From Octopus sinensis (Eukaryota): a DNA stretch of 64,000 nucleotides. The position numbers and the translations under genes are program-made. Each line of letters opens with the position of its first letter. Position 1 is the first letter of the stretch. The DNA lies in the NCBI RefSeq assembly GCF_006345805.1, contig NC_042998.1:121334001-121398000 (forward strand), in the 5' to 3' direction. This document shows positions 61,118-64,000 of this stretch, in pieces. The notes under the pieces are model-generated. The model was not told the origin of the DNA and ran no database searches. It saw nothing but the letters and a program-made list of their open reading frames with translations.

Positions 61118-62184
61118 TGTTGGCATCCTTTCTGTCTCGGGAGACAATGGAGTTGCGCATAAAGTAGTCTAGTCCGGCTTTTATATTTCATGTCCTGATA
61201 CATTTCCTGCTGTGGCTGTGTAGTCCTATCCTGGACAAACACTCCCTCTGGCAGGTACTGCAAATGTAGCGAAGACTGTTCCTGGCTGGTTGTAATGCCA
61301 TAGTCTCTTGTTGACGTCTCTTCTTTTCTTTCCATTTCTCCTCTCTCTCTCTGTCACTCCTTTGTATTCCCTCTTTTACGGTACGTCGCCATTCTCCACG
61401 GTTGCCGGCAACTGCCTCCCAACCGCTAATATTGATGTTGCAGGCCTTCATGTCCCTTTTGCAAACATCCTTGTAACGTAAGATCGGTCTACCCACAGAC
61501 CTAGTACCCCTAGCAAGCTCTCTGTAGAGTATGTCCTTGGGGATTCTGCCATCTTTCATACGGCTAACATGCCCAAGCCATCTCATACGTCTTTGTGTAA
61601 GGAGTGCAAACATGCTTGGTATTCCTGCTTGCCTGAAGACATCTTTGTTGGGGATATGATTCTGCCATTTGATGCGGAGGATTTTTCGGAGGCAGCGCAG
61701 GTGAAAGATGTTTAGGCGACGCTCTTGGCGTGTGTATAGCGTCCAGGTTTCACTTCCATACAGTAGAGTGCTGAGTACACATGCCTGGTAGATCTTCATT
61801 TTCGTGGTCTTGGTCAGCTTATTGTTGTCCCAAGCCCGTTTGGAGAGTTGGGCCATCGCAGCAGCTGCCTTGCCAATGCGTATACTGAGCTCAGCGTCAA
61901 GGGATAGGTTGTAGGTGACGGTAGAGCCCAGATAGGTAAACTTCTCCACCTCTTGTAATCTGTGGTCTCCAATATGTATGTTTGGGATGTCCGATGTAGC
62001 CTGGTCCATGATGTTGGTCTTCTTAAGGCTGATAGCTAAGCCAAAGTCGTTACATGCTTGCTCAAAACAGTTAATGAGCCTTTGGAGGGCTTCTTCTGTG
62101 TGTGTTACCAGAGCGGCATCATCAGCAAATAACATCTCCTTGATCAGGACGTTTCTGATTTTGGTCTTGGCACGCAGGCGCAAG
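61118..62184 (-). mobile_element. Young 5'-truncated RTE-clade LINE with an uninterrupted ORF and 12-bp TSD
   Basis: 331-aa ORF (LFADD, FTYLGS, LLYGSETW, RWLGHV, C-terminal CSTC..SRIGLHSH). Exact TSD AGTAATTAGTAT at 61106-61117 and 62185-62196. Confidence 0.95.
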
Positions 62185-62349
62185 AGTAATTAGTATATAT
62201 AAAACAGAATACAGCAGTAAGTGTAACACAGAACGAACACATCTGACTTAGTTTAATGCTCTCGATAAAGACATTAATGTCAGAATACTCTCTCCTCTCT
62301 TTATGTTAGCACAGACTGGGAGGTTCCAAATAGGAGAAAAAAAAAGTTA

Positions 62350-62510
62350 TTCTTTTACTTGTTTCAGTCATCAGACTGCAGCTTTGCTGGGGCACTGCCT
62401 TGAAGAATTTTAGTAGAATGAATCGATACCCAAGTACTATTTTTATTTCAAGTCTGGTACTTATTTTATTGGTCACTTTTTTGTTAAACCATTAAGTTAT
62501 GAGGGATTTA
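62350..62510 (-). mobile_element. SINE 3' part (same family as 32970-33160)
   Basis: Shared end (C)CCAGCA..GC.GCAGTC..ATGACTGAAACAAGTAAAAG. Confidence 0.7.
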
Positions 62511-62544
62511 AATACAGGCTCTAAGACGTACGTACACACACATG

Positions 62545-63287
62545 TCAGGCTTCTTTCAATTTCTGTCTACCAAATCCACCCACAAGGCTTTGGTTGGCCC
62601 GAGGCTATAGTAGAAGACACCTGCCAAGGTGCCGTACAGTGGCACTGAACCCAGAACCATCTGGTTGGGAAGCAAGCTTCTCACCACACAGCCTCACCTG
62701 TGCCTGTTGAATATTACACTATTTTTTCTTTTTCAAAGTTAGTCAAATTTGAATGGAGAATGTTATTCTAATTAGGTTCATTGCAGATATAGCTGTGTGA
62801 TTAAGAAGTTCATTTCCCAACCACATGGTTTCAGGTTCAGTCCCACTATGTGGCACTTAAGACAAGTGTCTTCTACTATAACCCTGAGCTAACCAGAGCC
62901 CTATAAATAGATCTGGTAAGCAGAAACTAAAAGAAGCCTGTTGTGTGCATATGCATGTGTAAGTTCATAGTTCCCTTCATCTTCCTATATGTTCACTGAT
63001 TGTAAACAATGGCTCATTGTCCATGTGGCTGGTGTCATTTGCTTGCGATCCACTGCAAGCTAATGTTGTGTGACCTTTATAAACAAAAGATTTATTCAAA
63101 CTGTAGTATTGGTTTCCAGTTCTTTGCATAGCTATGTCTGGACTATGTCTTGTTTGCTGAACTAGAAGATTATTATCTACCTTGGAAACAGGTAGGGATA
63201 GATTTATAGGAAGAGATTGATTTTAGGAAGGGTGTCTGGCAATAGAAAACTCAGCCCCATACAAGTATAGAACAATGATGATGATGA
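62545..63287. mobile_element. Head-to-head pair of CORE-like tRNA SINEs (62545-62705 minus; 62783-63287 plus)
   Basis: Both carry GCTGTGTG.T.AGAAG.TT..TTCCCAACCA.ATGGTT..GGTTCAGT. The plus copy ends in a (GAT)n tail. Confidence 0.85.
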
Positions 63288-64000
63288 GTATGTATTCATC
63301 ATCATCATTGATGAATATATATAATGCACACCTCTAATTTTGGGCTATGAAATCCCAGAAAATCTCTATATATTTACTGACATTTTTTTAGTGTTAAGAT
63401 GTATAGAAAAGAAGTGCTTAACCAGATTTGTTATAACTGCTGTCTAAAATCCATTGTAAAAGTTCATACATCCTAAATGAAGCAAAAATCAATTTGAAAG
63501 TGACTTTTGGACTTTTGTAATGGAGGCTTAATCCTTTTATGTTTAATCTGGCCATATACAGCCCAAATATTCTACATGTTTTATGTTAAAACTGACCAAA
63601 TCCCATCTCTCATATCTACTCTACAATATACAAATGCACCATTGAAATCTCAAAGCTACAAAATAATGTGTGATTCATTCAAAACAATACATATAAAAAC
63701 AATACACATGACAAGCAATCTGAATGCTAAAATGTAAAAAGTGTACCAGCTGTAAAATCATCAACATTAAGTAAAACTTTATAATTTTTCAAGTGCTTTT
63801 TGCATCAGAATCTTAAAAAACAAACAAAAAAAAGACTACCTATTATTTAACTTCAGTGGACATAAATTATGTTGGCATTATAAGTATCTTTCCCTTGGAC
63901 TAATGTATCCAAGGTTCTAGTGTCACACAAAGTTCCACAATTTCATGTTGATAATCTCTTCTCCTTTCTATAGTTAATTTACTCTTATAAAAGACTGCTG

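Noticed and set aside
63838-63863. WDR5 start exon (ATG TCC ACT GAA GTT AAA)
   Set aside because: In-frame TAA TAG occur before the candidate donor; the true first exon is probably beyond 64000.

Overview
AT-rich, intron-rich animal genomic DNA, not prokaryotic. The SINE/RTE repeat families suggest an octopod cephalopod, but this is an inference. Two conserved chromatin-cofactor genes converge: a complete 10-exon TADA1 (+, 9360-26259) and 12 coding exons of WDR5 (-, 60838-48472; its first exon(s) appear to lie beyond the window). A probable first exon of an unidentified gene (-, 8831-8781) sits head-to-head with TADA1 across a ~530-bp promoter carrying CRE and ETS sites. The remainder is dense transposon debris: a near-intact CR1 ORF2, several RTE LINEs (one young copy with a 12-bp TSD), Penelope remnants with hammerhead-ribozyme motifs, a deleted piggyBac, mariner/maT/Tigger/hAT relics, and many tRNA-derived SINEs. 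The most notable oddities are an inverted pair of minimal hammerhead motifs (35723-35880), a near-perfect 145-bp inverted repeat around nested rearrangements (41471-42431), a 57-bp locally templated insertion with a snap-back hairpin (50500-50597), and TADA1-WDR5 linkage matching the vertebrate 1q/9q paralogon. I found no convincing evidence of a wholly new multi-gene system. Most short ORFs in the track are noise or TE fragments.
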